A stretch of DNA of 64,000 bases, taken from assembly GCA_963799775.1 (NCBI GenBank), contig CAWCYD010000003.1, positions 160,001 through 224,000 of the forward strand, in the 5' to 3' direction. The stretch's first letter is position 1. Each line of letters begins with the position of its first letter. This document shows, in pieces, positions 1 to 9,942 of the stretch. This DNA comes from an uncultured archaeon (GTDB taxonomy: Archaea; Thermoproteota; Nitrososphaeria; Nitrososphaerales; Gagatemarchaeaceae). Made by a program: the position numbers and the translations under genes. The notes beneath the pieces were generated by a model. The model had not been told where the DNA came from, did not search any database, and saw nothing but the letters and a program-made list of their open reading frames with translations.

Positions 1-11
1 ATATTCGCTCC

Positions 12-1088
12 GTGCCCGACGTGAAGGCGTTCTACCGCGAGACTACGGCCCTCGACAAGTCGAACTTCAGCCTCCGCCACGGCTTCAGGGCAGCCATCCT
101 GGTCATCGCGCCACTGGTGGTGGGCTTCGCCATCAACCAGCCTCAGGCGATTTACGCCACCCTCGGGGCGATGCTCGTCACCAACACCGAAGGGCCAAAC
201 TCGTCTCCGCTTCCTTCCCGGGTCCTTCTCCTGGCGTGCTTCACCGAGCCGGTCGCCTTCTGCCTCGGGACACTCGCCGGCCTCACAGGGCTCCTGGCTA
301 TCCCTCTCATCGGGCTGGGTGTCTGCATCGGCCTCATGGCGAGCAGCGACCAGGAGTTCCTCCTCGCTGGCAGGTTCACCGCGATCACCTTCGCAATTGG
401 GGTCGGGCTCCCGGGCGGGTCCGTCGAGGTGGCGTGGACGAGGTTGTGGCTAGCGTTCGTGGGGGCGCTCGTTGCTTTCGCCGGCTCTGTGGTCCACCAT
501 CGCCTTGCCAGACGCAGCGCCCAGCCGGGACGCTCCAAGGCCTTCCCGAAGCTCCCGGGTCTGAGTGACTTTACTCTGAAGACCGCGTGGGTCCGCGACT
601 CGATCGCGGTAGGAATCGCCGCGGCAGTCGGGTACGCAATAGGGCTCGCCCTTGGCCTCCCACGGGACTTTTGGATAGTGGTGACCATCATCAGCGCGGT
701 GAGGACCAAATTTGGTCCCACCTTCGCCTCGGCTTCGATGATGGTGGTGGGGACGATCATCGGAGCGACTGTAGCTGCCGGGATAACCCTGGAGGTCCAC
801 AACGACTATGCCCTCGAGGCGCTCTTCTTGCTCTTCGGGACTCTCATGTTCGCGACCAGGGGTGTCAACCTCGGACTATCGCAGGTCTTCGTCACCCCGT
901 TCATCATAATCCTCCTCAACATCCTATATCCGGGAGAGTGGTATCTAGCGGAGACCCGGATCCTCGACGTCGCCATCGGGGGAGCCCTCGCCATGCTGAC
1001 GGTCTACATGATTTGGATGGGGACCAGGCTCAAGGACTTCGACAAGATTGGCGCTCTCCATCGCGGGGCTGGTGATGGGGAGCGATAG
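12..1088 (+). CDS. FUSC-family (aromatic acid exporter-like) membrane protein
   Basis: Duplicated hydrophobic FUSC repeats (FSLRHGFRAAILV; GLPRDFWIVVTIISAVR; AETRILDVAIGG). Confidence 0.8.
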   Translation: MPDVKAFYRETTALDKSNFSLRHGFRAAILVIAPLVVGFAINQPQAIYATLGAMLVTNTEGPNSSPLPSRVLLLACFTEPVAFCLGTLAGLTGLLAIPLIGLGVCIGLMASSDQEFLLAGRFTAITFAIGVGLPGGSVEVAWTRLWLAFVGALVAFAGSVVHHRLARRSAQPGRSKAFPKLPGLSDFTLKTAWVRDSIAVGIAAAVGYAIGLALGLPRDFWIVVTIISAVRTKFGPTFASASMMVVGTIIGATVAAGITLEVHNDYALEALFLLFGTLMFATRGVNLGLSQVFVTPFIIILLNILYPGEWYLAETRILDVAIGGALAMLTVYMIWMGTRLKDFDKIGALHRGAGDGER

Positions 1089-1096
1089 ATCAGGTA

Positions 1097-1121
1097 AATG
1101 AAGCGGCGTCGGGCCGACTCG
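1097..1121. repeat. att site, distal copy (AATGAAGCGGCGTCGGGCCGACTCG)
   Basis: Identical to 18737-18761; reverse complement is the T-arm/acceptor 3' end of tRNA-Asn plus 7 downstream nt. Confidence 0.93.
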
Positions 1122-1197
1122 TTGCCTTCAGGGCTAAAGCTTTCCACACTAACTCTTCCGGTCGTGAAAAAGAACAAGAGATTCCCATCTGGTTCAT

Positions 1198-1248
1198 GGC
1201 TATCCCGTCAGATATCCGTATATTTAAAAGATATCCGCCTGGATAGCC
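1198..1248 (+). promoter_or_regulatory. Promoter/operator of AbrB-like gene
   Basis: TATTTAAA (1221-1228) flanked by AGATATCCG direct repeats (1210-1218, 1229-1237) and by the inverted pair GGCTATCC (1198) / GGATAGCC (1241). Confidence 0.5.
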
Positions 1249-1404
1249 TTGACTACGGGAACCAAGGTCAAGGTCGTCAAGGTGGGCAACTCTCTGCGGA
1301 TTGCGATCCCTATGCCTCTCGCGGAGGCTCTCGGGATTAGGGCCGGAGACTATCTCGACCTTGAAGTGACAGGCAAATCCGTTTCGATTGATTTGAAGAA
1401 ATGA
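1249..1404 (+). CDS. AbrB/MazE/SpoVT-family DNA-binding microprotein (51 aa; not in ORF track)
   Basis: Manual translation from TTG: MTTGTKVKVVKVGNSLRIAIPMPLAEALGIRAGDYLDLEVTGKSVSIDLKK; classic swapped-hairpin motif; TATA box just upstream. Confidence 0.85.
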   Translation: MTTGTKVKVVKVGNSLRIAIPMPLAEALGIRAGDYLDLEVTGKSVSIDLKK

Positions 1405-1741
1405 GGACACCCCCTGGCGACCCGTCGGAGCCCGACAAAATATTCTGGCGGAACCAGCACGCTTAGGCTTCTAGACGCGAGTATGCTCCCCCAGAATAAG
1501 GGTGATAGGTTATGAAACGAATCGGATCTTGTTCAAAAGAAGAAAGCGAACCCAAGACCATCTTCTGCATTCTTGGCATCGGCGACAAGGTGGCAATGAG
1601 TGACCTTGAACTTGAGTTTCAGCTTAACGCAAAGAAAGTGCCAGAATCAGAGCTCGGTCCGTGCAGTTAGGATATCCGGTATCCCTGCTGCGGTGATTAC
1701 TTCATTGGCTTCCATCGGAGCTAATCAGTGCGGCAGGGGGC

Positions 1742-1916
1742 TCAATGCCGGTCTGAGCCCTTCTTTACCTCCATTAGCCTCTGCCTTGTGGCTTCGATGA
1801 TGAACTCGGCCCTGCTGCGGTAGCCCAGCGTCCTGTCGGCCAGGATCTTGTCTATCTCGTCCGCAAGCTCCTCGGTGACACTTGACGTTGACGTACCTCT
1901 TTGGCCTGTTGGACAA
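1742..1916 (-). CDS. Ribbon-helix-helix (CopG/NikR-like) regulator, one apparent frameshift
   Basis: Joining MSNRPKRYVNVK to VTEELADEIDKILADRTLGYRSRAEFIIEATR by removing one base gives a canonical RHH; palindrome ATGGAT-A-ATCCAT at 1929-1941 upstream. Confidence 0.75.
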
Positions 1917-2054
1917 AGTCCTTGGCTCATGGATAATCCATGAAAGACTTATTTTGCCAGATGGATAATGGATGGATTATAGGTGCTTCCTGATGCCATT
2001 AGACAGACTCAGTCGCTCAGAAACAGCCGGAAGCAATCACAGGGTCACTAAGCA

Positions 2055-4161
2055 ATGGGTCGGTTAGACGAGTTAGTTGGCGAGGTAAAAGAGTCTAGCC
2101 TTCGCGAACAACTTCAGTCTGCACTAGCCGAGATGAAGCGGAAGCAAAACTTCGGATTGGTATTCGAGGAGCACATCCCAGAGACGACCGCATTACTGGG
2201 ATTGCCCATCCAGACGGGCTCTGTGGTTCAGCGACGAGACCAGAAAGGAAACAGTCTTTTTAGAGTGACAGCAACGTCAGCGAGCGGAGAATCGGCCAAG
2301 ATTGCCCCAACACAGGGAGGAGAAAGTGAAACAATACTCACGAATGAGCCTTCTGGTCGTAAAGAGATTTGGTGAACCAATCTATCCTGCCCTGACGCCA
2401 GTTGGAACCGTGAAGAGAGGCGGTAACAAACCGTTCCACGCTGTCATAAATGGGGAGAATTATCATGCCATGCAGCTTCTGAACTACATCGTAGCGGGAA
2501 GCGTTGATTGCATCTACATCGACCCGCCCTACAACACCGGCGCTAGGGACTGGAAGTACAACAACAATTTCGTCGACCACAACGACCGCTGGCGCCACTC
2601 AAAGTGGCTCTCGATGATGGAGAAGAGGCTGCTGCTTGCGAAGCGTCTTCTCAAGCAGGACGGAGTGCTCATCGTCACAGTTGACGAGAATGAGGTTCAC
2701 CATCTCGGCATGCTCTTGGAGAGGCTCTTCCCGCAGGCGAGATCCCAGATGGTCACAATCTGCATCCAGCCAAGCGGCGCCAGCGGAGAGGGACTATCTC
2801 GCGTCGAAGAGTACGCAACCTTCTGCTTCTTCGGCGAAGCCCAGCCGGTTCCGACTCCCGACGATATGCTCATCGCCGAGAGCAATCCCCAAGGAGACGG
2901 ACAGCTCAGCCTAGATGAGGGCCTGGTCTGGGAGTCGCTACTCAGACGGGGCAATGCGTGGTATCGGGCGCGCCGGAAGAACCTCTGTTATCCGGTCCTG
3001 CTCTCCGAGGACGCCACGCGGATTTTCCGCGCCGGCCCTCCCTTCAAGGGCGAGGACGAGGAGGCCCGGCCATCCGAAATCGATGGGCATCCCGTCGCTT
3101 GGCCTGTGCGGAAGGACGGTAAGCTCGGGATTTGGCGAGTGGACGGCGCCCGCCTCAACTACCTAGCCGGGCTCGGGTACGCCCATGTAGCGGGCCGCGA
3201 CGACGTCCGAAAGACGTGGGCACTCCGATACCTGATGTCCGGCACCGTGTCGGCAGTCGAAGACGGCTCCATCCAAATCATCGGCCATGGAGAGAGAGGC
3301 GAAGTGATCGGCAAGGTGATTGGTGGGCGCACCAGGATTGCCAAGACGATGTGGTACCGCGGGCGGCACAACGCGGGCGGGGCAGGCGGAACCCAGATCC
3401 TCAACGCCTTCCTCGGCAAACGCAACGTTTTCCCCTTCCCGAAGTCCGTCTATGCGGTCCGAGATTGTCTCCAGGTCGCCATCGGCGACAGGTCCGATGC
3501 CATAATCCTGGATTTCTTTGCTGGGTCTGGAACGACTCTGCATGCGACGGCGTTGCTAAATGCTTCGGATAACGGACGGCGCCAGTGCATTATAGTCACG
3601 AACAATGAAGTTGAAGCTGAAGTGGCTACGAAACTTCAGAAGAGCGGAAAATATCGAGGCGATCCCGATTATGAGAAATATGGCGTCTTCGAGGTCGCGA
3701 CGCGTCCAAGAATAGAGGCGGCTATCACCGGGCACCGGCCCGACGGTTCTGCTGTGCCGGGCGAGCATATTGACGGCCGGCCTTACGCGGAAGGGTTTCC
3801 GGAAAACGTGGAGTTCTTCCGAGTGGATTATCTCGATCCTAACGACGTTGATCTAGGAAAGCAATTCGAAGCAATTCTACCCTCTCTATGGCTTGCCGCA
3901 GGAGGCAAAGGTGACAGGTCCGCCCCGGAGAAAGGGATGGATTTCCTTCTGCCCTCAAAATCCCCTTACGGGATCCTCCTAAAGGAATCTAGGTTCGAAA
4001 AGTTCAGGAAAGCCGTAAGAACGCGAAAAGACGTAACGCACGTCTGGCTGGTAACCGATTCCGAGGAAGCCTACGCGGAGATGAGGTCAGAGCTACCAAG
4101 CAGGATCAGCACATCTATGCTGTACCGAGATTACCTGCGTAACTTTCAGATAAGCCGGTAA
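2055..4161 (+). CDS. Type III R-M-like DNA methyltransferase (Mod, beta class); frameshift near 2340
   Basis: N-terminal FGLVFEEHIPE, VINGENYHA, IYIDPPYNTG, FPFPKS, ILDFFAGSGTT; split over ORFs 2055..2375 and 2302..4161. Confidence 0.88.
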
Positions 4162-4168
4162 TCGAGTC

Positions 4169-6631
4169 ATGAAACTACTTCTCAAGCCATTCCAAGAGCA
4201 ATTTGTCGGTTCCTTGGTCGTTGAGATTAGGACTGCGGCTAATGAGGCTCACCAAAGAGGCCAAGCCATAATCTTCTCCTCACCCACAGGATCGGGAAAG
4301 ACAGTGATGGCAGCAGCCGCGATAGAACGCTTGTTCGAGGGTGATGACGCCGCCCTGCCTAATCCCGGGGCGACCGTTCTGTGGCTAAGCGACCAACCAG
4401 AAATAAACGAACAAACGCGTCGCAAAATGCTCGAGGCGTCCTCCTTACTAGAATCTTCACGGCTCGTCGTAATCGATGCGACCTTCGATAACGAGTTGTT
4501 CTCCCCAGGAAAGGTGTACTTTCTGAATACCCAGAAGCTCGGAAAAGACAAGCAGCTGGTCACACACGGGGACGAACGGAACTACACTATATGGGAGACT
4601 ATCAACAACACCGCACGCGCACGACCCTCGGATTTCTTCGTATTCATTGATGAGGCACACCGCGGAATGCTGATGAGCCAAAGAGAGCAGAGCGAAGCGA
4701 GTTCTATTGTTCAAAAGTTCATAATTGGCTCAGAGGGCGAGATCGACGCGGTTCCAATCATTATCGGAATCTCTGCCACTCCTGAACGCTTTCGCAAACT
4801 CGTTCAGTCCACGTCTCGGACCCAGCGTCCCATAGATGTTCCCGCCGAGGACGTTCGTGCATCAGGCCTGATTGTTGATGCGGTTCGATTCTACTACCCT
4901 AGCGACAAGCAGCCAACGGACATGACGATGCTCCGGGCGGCAGCTAGCTCGTGGAAGGAGTTCACGGGACATTGGGAAAAATACTGTCTCTCTCAGGATG
5001 CCAAAGTCGTAAAGCCAATATTGGTCGTCCAGGTTCAGGATGCTTCCGGCACAAAAATCTCCGAGACAAATCTGGGAGAAGCCATCGCGATCATAAATGA
5101 CATAGTAGGTCAATTACCAGTTGAGGCATTCGCTCCTTCATTCCAGGAGGGCGCAACAATCAGCGTGGGCACGCAGAGCATTCGCTATTTGGCCCCCTCC
5201 GACATAAACTCGAATCCGAACGTGGTTGTCGTCTTCTTCAAGATGAGTTTGAACACCGGATGGGACTGCCCGAGGGCGGAGGTCATGATGTCATTTCGAA
5301 AAGCGACCGACGCCACGCTCATCGCACAGCTAGTCGGTAGGATGGTAAGGACACCTCTGGCAAGGAGAATCGAAAGTGATGAACTCCTTAACACGGTTTC
5401 TCTGTATCTCCCGCATTACGATGAGTCCGGTCTCAAGAAGGTGGTAGAGAAACTAAGGTCGCCTGACACCCCAGTGGCAATCGAGGAGGGAGTGGACATC
5501 GTGACGCTTAGCCGAAGAAAGGGGACTCAGAAGGAGTTCGCTGCTCTTTCGAAAATCCCTTCCTATGTCATTCCGAGAGCTAGGAGAACCAAAGGGGTCC
5601 ATCGGCTGATGAAACTTGCGAGACTATTAGCCTACGACGACATCAATCCCGATGCAGTCGAGCAGGCTACTAACCACCTTCTCAGAGTGCTGGATTCTGA
5701 ATATGAACGCTTGAGCAAGACCCGAGATTTCGAGGCTATAGTCGAGAGAAAGGGGAAGGTGGAAGTCAAATCGGCAGACTGGCAAGTCACGGGCAACATG
5801 GCCGCTGGAGACATGATGGTCTTGGATATCGCAAAGGAAAACCTGGACGACTTGTTTGATGCGGCCGGGAGAAAAATGGGCGAGGGTTTACACAAGTCAT
5901 GGTGGAAACACAGGGCAGAAAACAACCAGTCGGGCCATGCCAGAGCTAAACTCGAGGCGGTCGCCTTCTGCATTGAACCGAAAGCACTGTCGAGCGTCGA
6001 AAGGGAATCACAGAAGCTGGCTCGAAGATGGCTTCTTTCAGACTATGAGATCGCAATTAACGCACTGTCTGAGGATCGTAAACAACGGTACGACGAAGTG
6101 AAGCAGATGGCGTCACAGCTTGAGGAGACCACCGTAACATATCCAGAGGAGATACAAGTTAGACGTGGAGATCAGAGCTTCAAGAATCATCTATATGTTG
6201 ACCAGGATGGGCTTTTCCCATTCAAAGCAGATAGTTGGGAATCAGGAATAATCGAGGAGGAGTTTCAAGGAATAGACAGCTGGCTGAGGAACTTTGACCG
6301 CAAGTCCTGGTCGCTAACGATCCCGTACAAGGTCGGGATAGTGGACAAGGGTTTTTTCCCGGACTTTCTGGCCATTAGAATCGTCCACGGAACGACGGTC
6401 GTCGACCTGGTAGATCCTCACCACACAGGCTTGGCCGATGCAGTGCAGAAAGCACTGGGTCTCGCCAGCTACGCAGCCAAGCACGCCGACCGATTTGGTC
6501 GAATCGAGTTAATTGCCGTCTTGAACGGCAAGATGAAGAGACTTGATCTAAAGGATGAGGAGATTCGCGAGAGAGTTTCGGGTATAGGAACGACGGAGCA
6601 GCTCGAAAGGCTCTATGAAGAATACGGATAG
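4169..6631 (+). CDS. Type III R-M-like restriction subunit (SF2 helicase with C-terminal PD-(D/E)XK nuclease)
   Basis: SPTGSGKT, DEAH, SAT, GWDCPRA, QLVGRMVR and C-terminal FFPDF...VDPH; directly follows the MTase. Confidence 0.87.
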   Translation: MKLLLKPFQEQFVGSLVVEIRTAANEAHQRGQAIIFSSPTGSGKTVMAAAAIERLFEGDDAALPNPGATVLWLSDQPEINEQTRRKMLEASSLLESSRLVVIDATFDNELFSPGKVYFLNTQKLGKDKQLVTHGDERNYTIWETINNTARARPSDFFVFIDEAHRGMLMSQREQSEASSIVQKFIIGSEGEIDAVPIIIGISATPERFRKLVQSTSRTQRPIDVPAEDVRASGLIVDAVRFYYPSDKQPTDMTMLRAAASSWKEFTGHWEKYCLSQDAKVVKPILVVQVQDASGTKISETNLGEAIAIINDIVGQLPVEAFAPSFQEGATISVGTQSIRYLAPSDINSNPNVVVVFFKMSLNTGWDCPRAEVMMSFRKATDATLIAQLVGRMVRTPLARRIESDELLNTVSLYLPHYDESGLKKVVEKLRSPDTPVAIEEGVDIVTLSRRKGTQKEFAALSKIPSYVIPRARRTKGVHRLMKLARLLAYDDINPDAVEQATNHLLRVLDSEYERLSKTRDFEAIVERKGKVEVKSADWQVTGNMAAGDMMVLDIAKENLDDLFDAAGRKMGEGLHKSWWKHRAENNQSGHARAKLEAVAFCIEPKALSSVERESQKLARRWLLSDYEIAINALSEDRKQRYDEVKQMASQLEETTVTYPEEIQVRRGDQSFKNHLYVDQDGLFPFKADSWESGIIEEEFQGIDSWLRNFDRKSWSLTIPYKVGIVDKGFFPDFLAIRIVHGTTVVDLVDPHHTGLADAVQKALGLASYAAKHADRFGRIELIAVLNGKMKRLDLKDEEIRERVSGIGTTEQLERLYEEYG

Positions 6632-6726
6632 AGGAGTGCTAAGGTTTCCACTTCTTCCATATCTCCCCGCTTGCCCTTGAAGTAACGCAGGAAGGGGTTG
6701 ATGCTACGATGACCGATTGCCGGAAG

Positions 6727-6963
6727 TTATACCGACTCGTAGTCAAGGTTACACGCGTCGCACCGATAGGCAGTCCCCACTGGCGTGGCGCGTGTCGCTC
6801 GTCCAATTTCTCTTTCGCACTGGAGACACAATATTATCTCCACCTGTGGCTCTCTTAATTGTAGGGCCGTGGCTACCGTTGCGACCGCCGCCGTTATCGT
6901 CGCGCCTGCACCGAGCGCGACAAACAGGCCGCCCCAGTCGAAACCCTTCTTTCCTGTCGCCAT
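6727..6963 (-). CDS. Small membrane-anchored Zn-ribbon protein
   Basis: One TM helix then CLQC...CDAC; TATA-like element upstream. Confidence 0.6.
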   Translation of the reverse strand: MATGKKGFDWGGLFVALGAGATITAAVATVATALQLREPQVEIILCLQCEREIGRATRATPVGTAYRCDACNLDYESV

Positions 6964-6966
6964 GTG

Positions 6967-6992
6967 ATAGCGAGATAACTCTATCTCGCTAT
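6967..6992. promoter_or_regulatory. Perfect 11-bp inverted repeat, candidate operator
   Basis: ATAGCGAGATA-actc-TATCTCGCTAT abutting TATAAAG between divergent genes. Confidence 0.55.
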
Positions 6993-7040
6993 ATAAAGCC
7001 TTAAACTCACCGTGAGCTTAGGAAGCACTAGCGAGTAAAC

Positions 7041-7229
7041 TTGACACGGTCCAAAGAAATAGTCCACGCTTACGAGACCAGGAAAGAGGACGGAACCACG
7101 CTTTTGGTGGTCCCCAAGCCGATAAAGGTGCAGATGCAAATTCGCAACGGCGACGAGTTCCTAGTCAAGCAAGAAGGGGAGGACAGGATTGTCTATCGAC
7201 GTTTGAGGGGAAATACGCGGGCAATCTGA
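7041..7229 (+). CDS. AbrB/MazE-family DNA-binding protein
   Basis: TTLLVVPKPIKVQMQIRNGDEFLVKQEGEDRIVYR. Confidence 0.75.
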   Translation: MTRSKEIVHAYETRKEDGTTLLVVPKPIKVQMQIRNGDEFLVKQEGEDRIVYRRLRGNTRAI

Positions 7230-7258
7230 GATCTTCCTCCTTTCTTGTTGCTCGCGTC

Positions 7259-7501
7259 ATGAATCACCATAACCCATGGGTTCTCGGCGCAAACGCGCCG
7301 AATAGTTCAGACCTTCTCACTACTGTGGTCGAGAGCCGCAGCGCATTGGCAAATACTTTGCGGGACTTGCAAGATATTGGATTGGTCAAGAGGCAGGTGA
7401 AGAGCACGAGGCCTGTACAGAGGGAATATCATCTGACCGAGAGGGGCAGTCCGGCAATTGGTCTGCTAACAAAGGTCAACGAAGTTCTAGCGAAAGACTA
7501 G
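7259..7501 (+). CDS. HxlR-like winged-helix protein (start uncertain)
   Basis: ALANTLRDLQDIGLVKRQVKSTRPVQREYHLTERG. Confidence 0.65.
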   Translation: MNHHNPWVLGANAPNSSDLLTTVVESRSALANTLRDLQDIGLVKRQVKSTRPVQREYHLTERGSPAIGLLTKVNEVLAKD

Positions 7502-7588
7502 ATGGCAACGCTGACGGCAACCTGGTCATCGTCTTGAGCGAGCAATCAGGCGTATATATCTCCCGGACATGGTCGGCGAGGACCCGAC

Positions 7589-7834
7589 ATGATACGCAAG
7601 GATAAGGCACGAAAGGCAAGCGAGGGAGAGCGCCGGAAGATAGCCTATCCTTCCCCCAATGACTTGATCTTGACCAACCAGATAATCACAGGCAAGGTGC
7701 CCCTTGAGATTCAGAAGGGCGACTCAGAGTCTCTCAAGAAGCTAAAGGCAAGCATACGCCAGTCCGGTTTACCCGTGGGGTCGCAGAAGATTCCGAAGAC
7801 CGACTTTATCAAGGCCCATCGAGGACATACATGA
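7589..7834 (+). CDS. Hypothetical protein
   Basis: ATG ORF ~30 nt after TATATAT; first gene of a compact co-directional run. Confidence 0.45.
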   Translation: MIRKDKARKASEGERRKIAYPSPNDLILTNQIITGKVPLEIQKGDSESLKKLKASIRQSGLPVGSQKIPKTDFIKAHRGHT

Positions 7835-7844
7835 GAGGACGGAC

Positions 7845-8066
7845 ATGCGCTACGGGCAGATAATCAGCAACGCACTGGTGACAAGGTTCGGGAGGACAGG
7901 GTGCGACTGCGGCAACGACTCTTTCACCGACGAGAAGAAGATGTGCAAGTGCAAGAACTCCAACGGAAGAGGGTTCAACACCTTCGCGATCTGGGACGAG
8001 GAGATGACCGAGGCGCTGGAGGAGTTCCGAAGGGCGTATCTGCATTCCGAATCCGCGATGCCTTGA
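7845..8066 (+). CDS. Small Cys-rich hypothetical protein
   Basis: CDCG...CKC; in operon-like run. Confidence 0.45.
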   Translation: MRYGQIISNALVTRFGRTGCDCGNDSFTDEKKMCKCKNSNGRGFNTFAIWDEEMTEALEEFRRAYLHSESAMP

Positions 8067-8081
8067 GTGTGAGTAGTCTTC

Positions 8082-8405
8082 ATGGCCACCAAGACCAAAA
8101 TAGAGAGACAGGGCCAACGTCGAAACAAAGCGGAGAAAGCCAGAGCTCCACTCGGAGGACTGACTCGAACCAGCATCGCGGAGTGGAAGCACAGGGACGC
8201 AATCGTGAAGGCGATGGTCAAGAAGTGGGAAAGCGGAGCAACCGCAGAAGAGCGGGCGAAACGCGGCAAGAAGAGAGGGACTACGGTGGTCGAGCTCAGC
8301 GACACTACCCTAGCCGGGTTGGAGGATGTGAAGGCCCACGAGAATCAGTCCTTAGACGACGCCATACAGGAATTGCTGGACTTTTGGGAGCAGAACCGGA
8401 TCTAG
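8082..8405 (+). CDS. Protein with C-terminal RHH-like DNA-binding domain
   Basis: TTVVELSDTTLAGLEDVKAHENQSLDDAIQELLD matches the RHH pattern. Confidence 0.6.
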   Translation: MATKTKIERQGQRRNKAEKARAPLGGLTRTSIAEWKHRDAIVKAMVKKWESGATAEERAKRGKKRGTTVVELSDTTLAGLEDVKAHENQSLDDAIQELLDFWEQNRI

Positions 8406-8426
8406 CGAGTATTCGGCCGATTAACC

Positions 8427-8828
8427 ATGACTGCTAGCAAAGTCATCGACAGGCTCTATATTGGCGACTGGCAAGAAGCCCGGGATGCGTCTGTTCCGAA
8501 TCTGGTCAAGGTGACCGTCGCGAAGGGATCTCCCTTCACCGGTGATTTCTTCTTTCCTCTCGTAGACACGGATGACGCTCACAACGGGCAAGAACTTTGG
8601 AAGGCAGTCGAGAAGGTCGACCAGTTGATGAGTCAGAATAGGATCGTGCTCGTTCACTGCGTCTCGGGCGTCTCGCGGTCTTGCGTTGTGATAATGGGTT
8701 ATCTTGCGACTAGAAGAGGAATGTCACTTGATGAGGCTCTCGATATCGTCAGGAAGGCGAGACCCGCCGTCCTGCCAGAGCCAGACTTGCTCGAGCTGCT
8801 AAAGGCTCCTGAAGCTCGAAGGGAATAA
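8427..8828 (+). CDS. Dual-specificity protein phosphatase
   Basis: LYIGD, VLVHCVSGVSRS (HCx5R), AYLM-like MGYLA, VRKARP. Confidence 0.9.
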   Translation: MTASKVIDRLYIGDWQEARDASVPNLVKVTVAKGSPFTGDFFFPLVDTDDAHNGQELWKAVEKVDQLMSQNRIVLVHCVSGVSRSCVVIMGYLATRRGMSLDEALDIVRKARPAVLPEPDLLELLKAPEARRE

Positions 8829-9334
8829 TCCAGTGATCGCTGCGCAGGCTCCTGTGTCGGCTAGGATTCTGTAAGAAGAAAGCCAGAAGGGCCGTGGAGC
8901 GGAACCCTGCGTCGACGGGGAAGACAATCAGAGGCTTTGGGACGTAATTACCCAGATTCGTTGACTCGACGCCGGCGACTCTTAAGCACGGCGCTTTTCG
9001 GCACCTTTCTGGCTTTTGGGCGCCCAGGCTCGAGATCAGGCCTCCAAACCAGACCGTCCCGCGATTCTGCGCTTGCCGCAGCAAGGTGATCCGACCCTTT
9101 CGCAACAATCTCGGACGACTAGCAGGCAGAATTATTCCCGGACGATAGGAGAGCAATGAGGGCAAAACCGAGAGTCCCGCCTGGGATGCTGACGAAGGTA
9201 AAGGTCAGACAGATGGAGAGAATCTCAAAGGGAGATTGTTGAGTTTCAGGAGTGGACTGACTGATATAGCGAAGCTGAAAGCGAACACGTCAGGTAAACC
9301 ATAATACCGAACGCTTCTTAGAAGGCGTCTAGAC

Positions 9335-9550
9335 ATGGCTCTCAGATATAGGCAGGTCAAATCCGGCGACGCGGCTATCAGAATCGCGCGAAGAATAGCC
9401 GATGATTCGGGATTGGTGTTTTACAATGTGACGAGGGCCAAGAAGACGAAGGGAGGCAAGTGGGTGGTCTACATCACCTCTTTCGAAGCGCGATACCGGG
9501 CCTTGATTGACGCGCATACAGGAGAGGTCGTAGAGTGGAAGAAGCTGTAG
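9335..9550 (+). CDS. Small PepSY-like protein without signal peptide
   Basis: AIRIA...WVVYI...IDAHTGEVV. Confidence 0.6.
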   Translation: MALRYRQVKSGDAAIRIARRIADDSGLVFYNVTRAKKTKGGKWVVYITSFEARYRALIDAHTGEVVEWKKL

Positions 9551-9942
9551 AGAAGGTGCTCGGCTACAGCGCAAGGGCGTCTCAACTATTCGAGAATGGC
9601 GAAGGGTTAGCAAAGAAGGGCGAACTCGAAAAGGCTGGCGAGTTCTTCTGGGGAGCAATAGCTTGCTACATCAATGCACTGCGGTTCATGCACACGGGCA
9701 AGGCACATGGTGGACATAAGGAAATGGTCTTGGACGCGAAAAAGATAGCCGCCCAGATCGGAGATACCCCCCTTTTCGAAGCGATTGAAGGCGCTGAGAA
9801 GTTTCACGCAAACTATTATCACAGCTTCATTCCGAAGGATGAGTTTCCCCAGTATTACAAAAAGGCCGAATACGCTTTTCTCGCTTTCCATAGGCTTCTC
9901 GAACAAGAGAAGACTAGGCTCGGTATACCCGCCCAACCGTAA
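9535..9942 (+). CDS. PaREP1-family (HEPN-fold) protein
   Basis: KGELEKAGEFFWGA...KFHANYYH resembles PaREP1 QASEKxWGA...LHxNFY; overlaps the upstream gene. Confidence 0.75.
   Translation: MEEAVEKVLGYSARASQLFENGEGLAKKGELEKAGEFFWGAIACYINALRFMHTGKAHGGHKEMVLDAKKIAAQIGDTPLFEAIEGAEKFHANYYHSFIPKDEFPQYYKKAEYAFLAFHRLLEQEKTRLGIPAQP

Noticed and set aside
1098-1340. 80-aa ORF starting inside the att site as a split-integrase fragment
   Set aside because: No similarity to the integrase; the credible gene here is the AbrB-like ORF at 1249-1404 in another frame.
2300-2375. Phase variation of the Mod gene
   Set aside because: No simple-sequence repeat at the break; it looks like the same indel error type seen window-wide.
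8830-9330. Possible genes in this gap and in 9945-10340, 12550-12920 and 13320-13590
   Set aside because: No ORF with convincing composition or motifs; may be decayed remnants.
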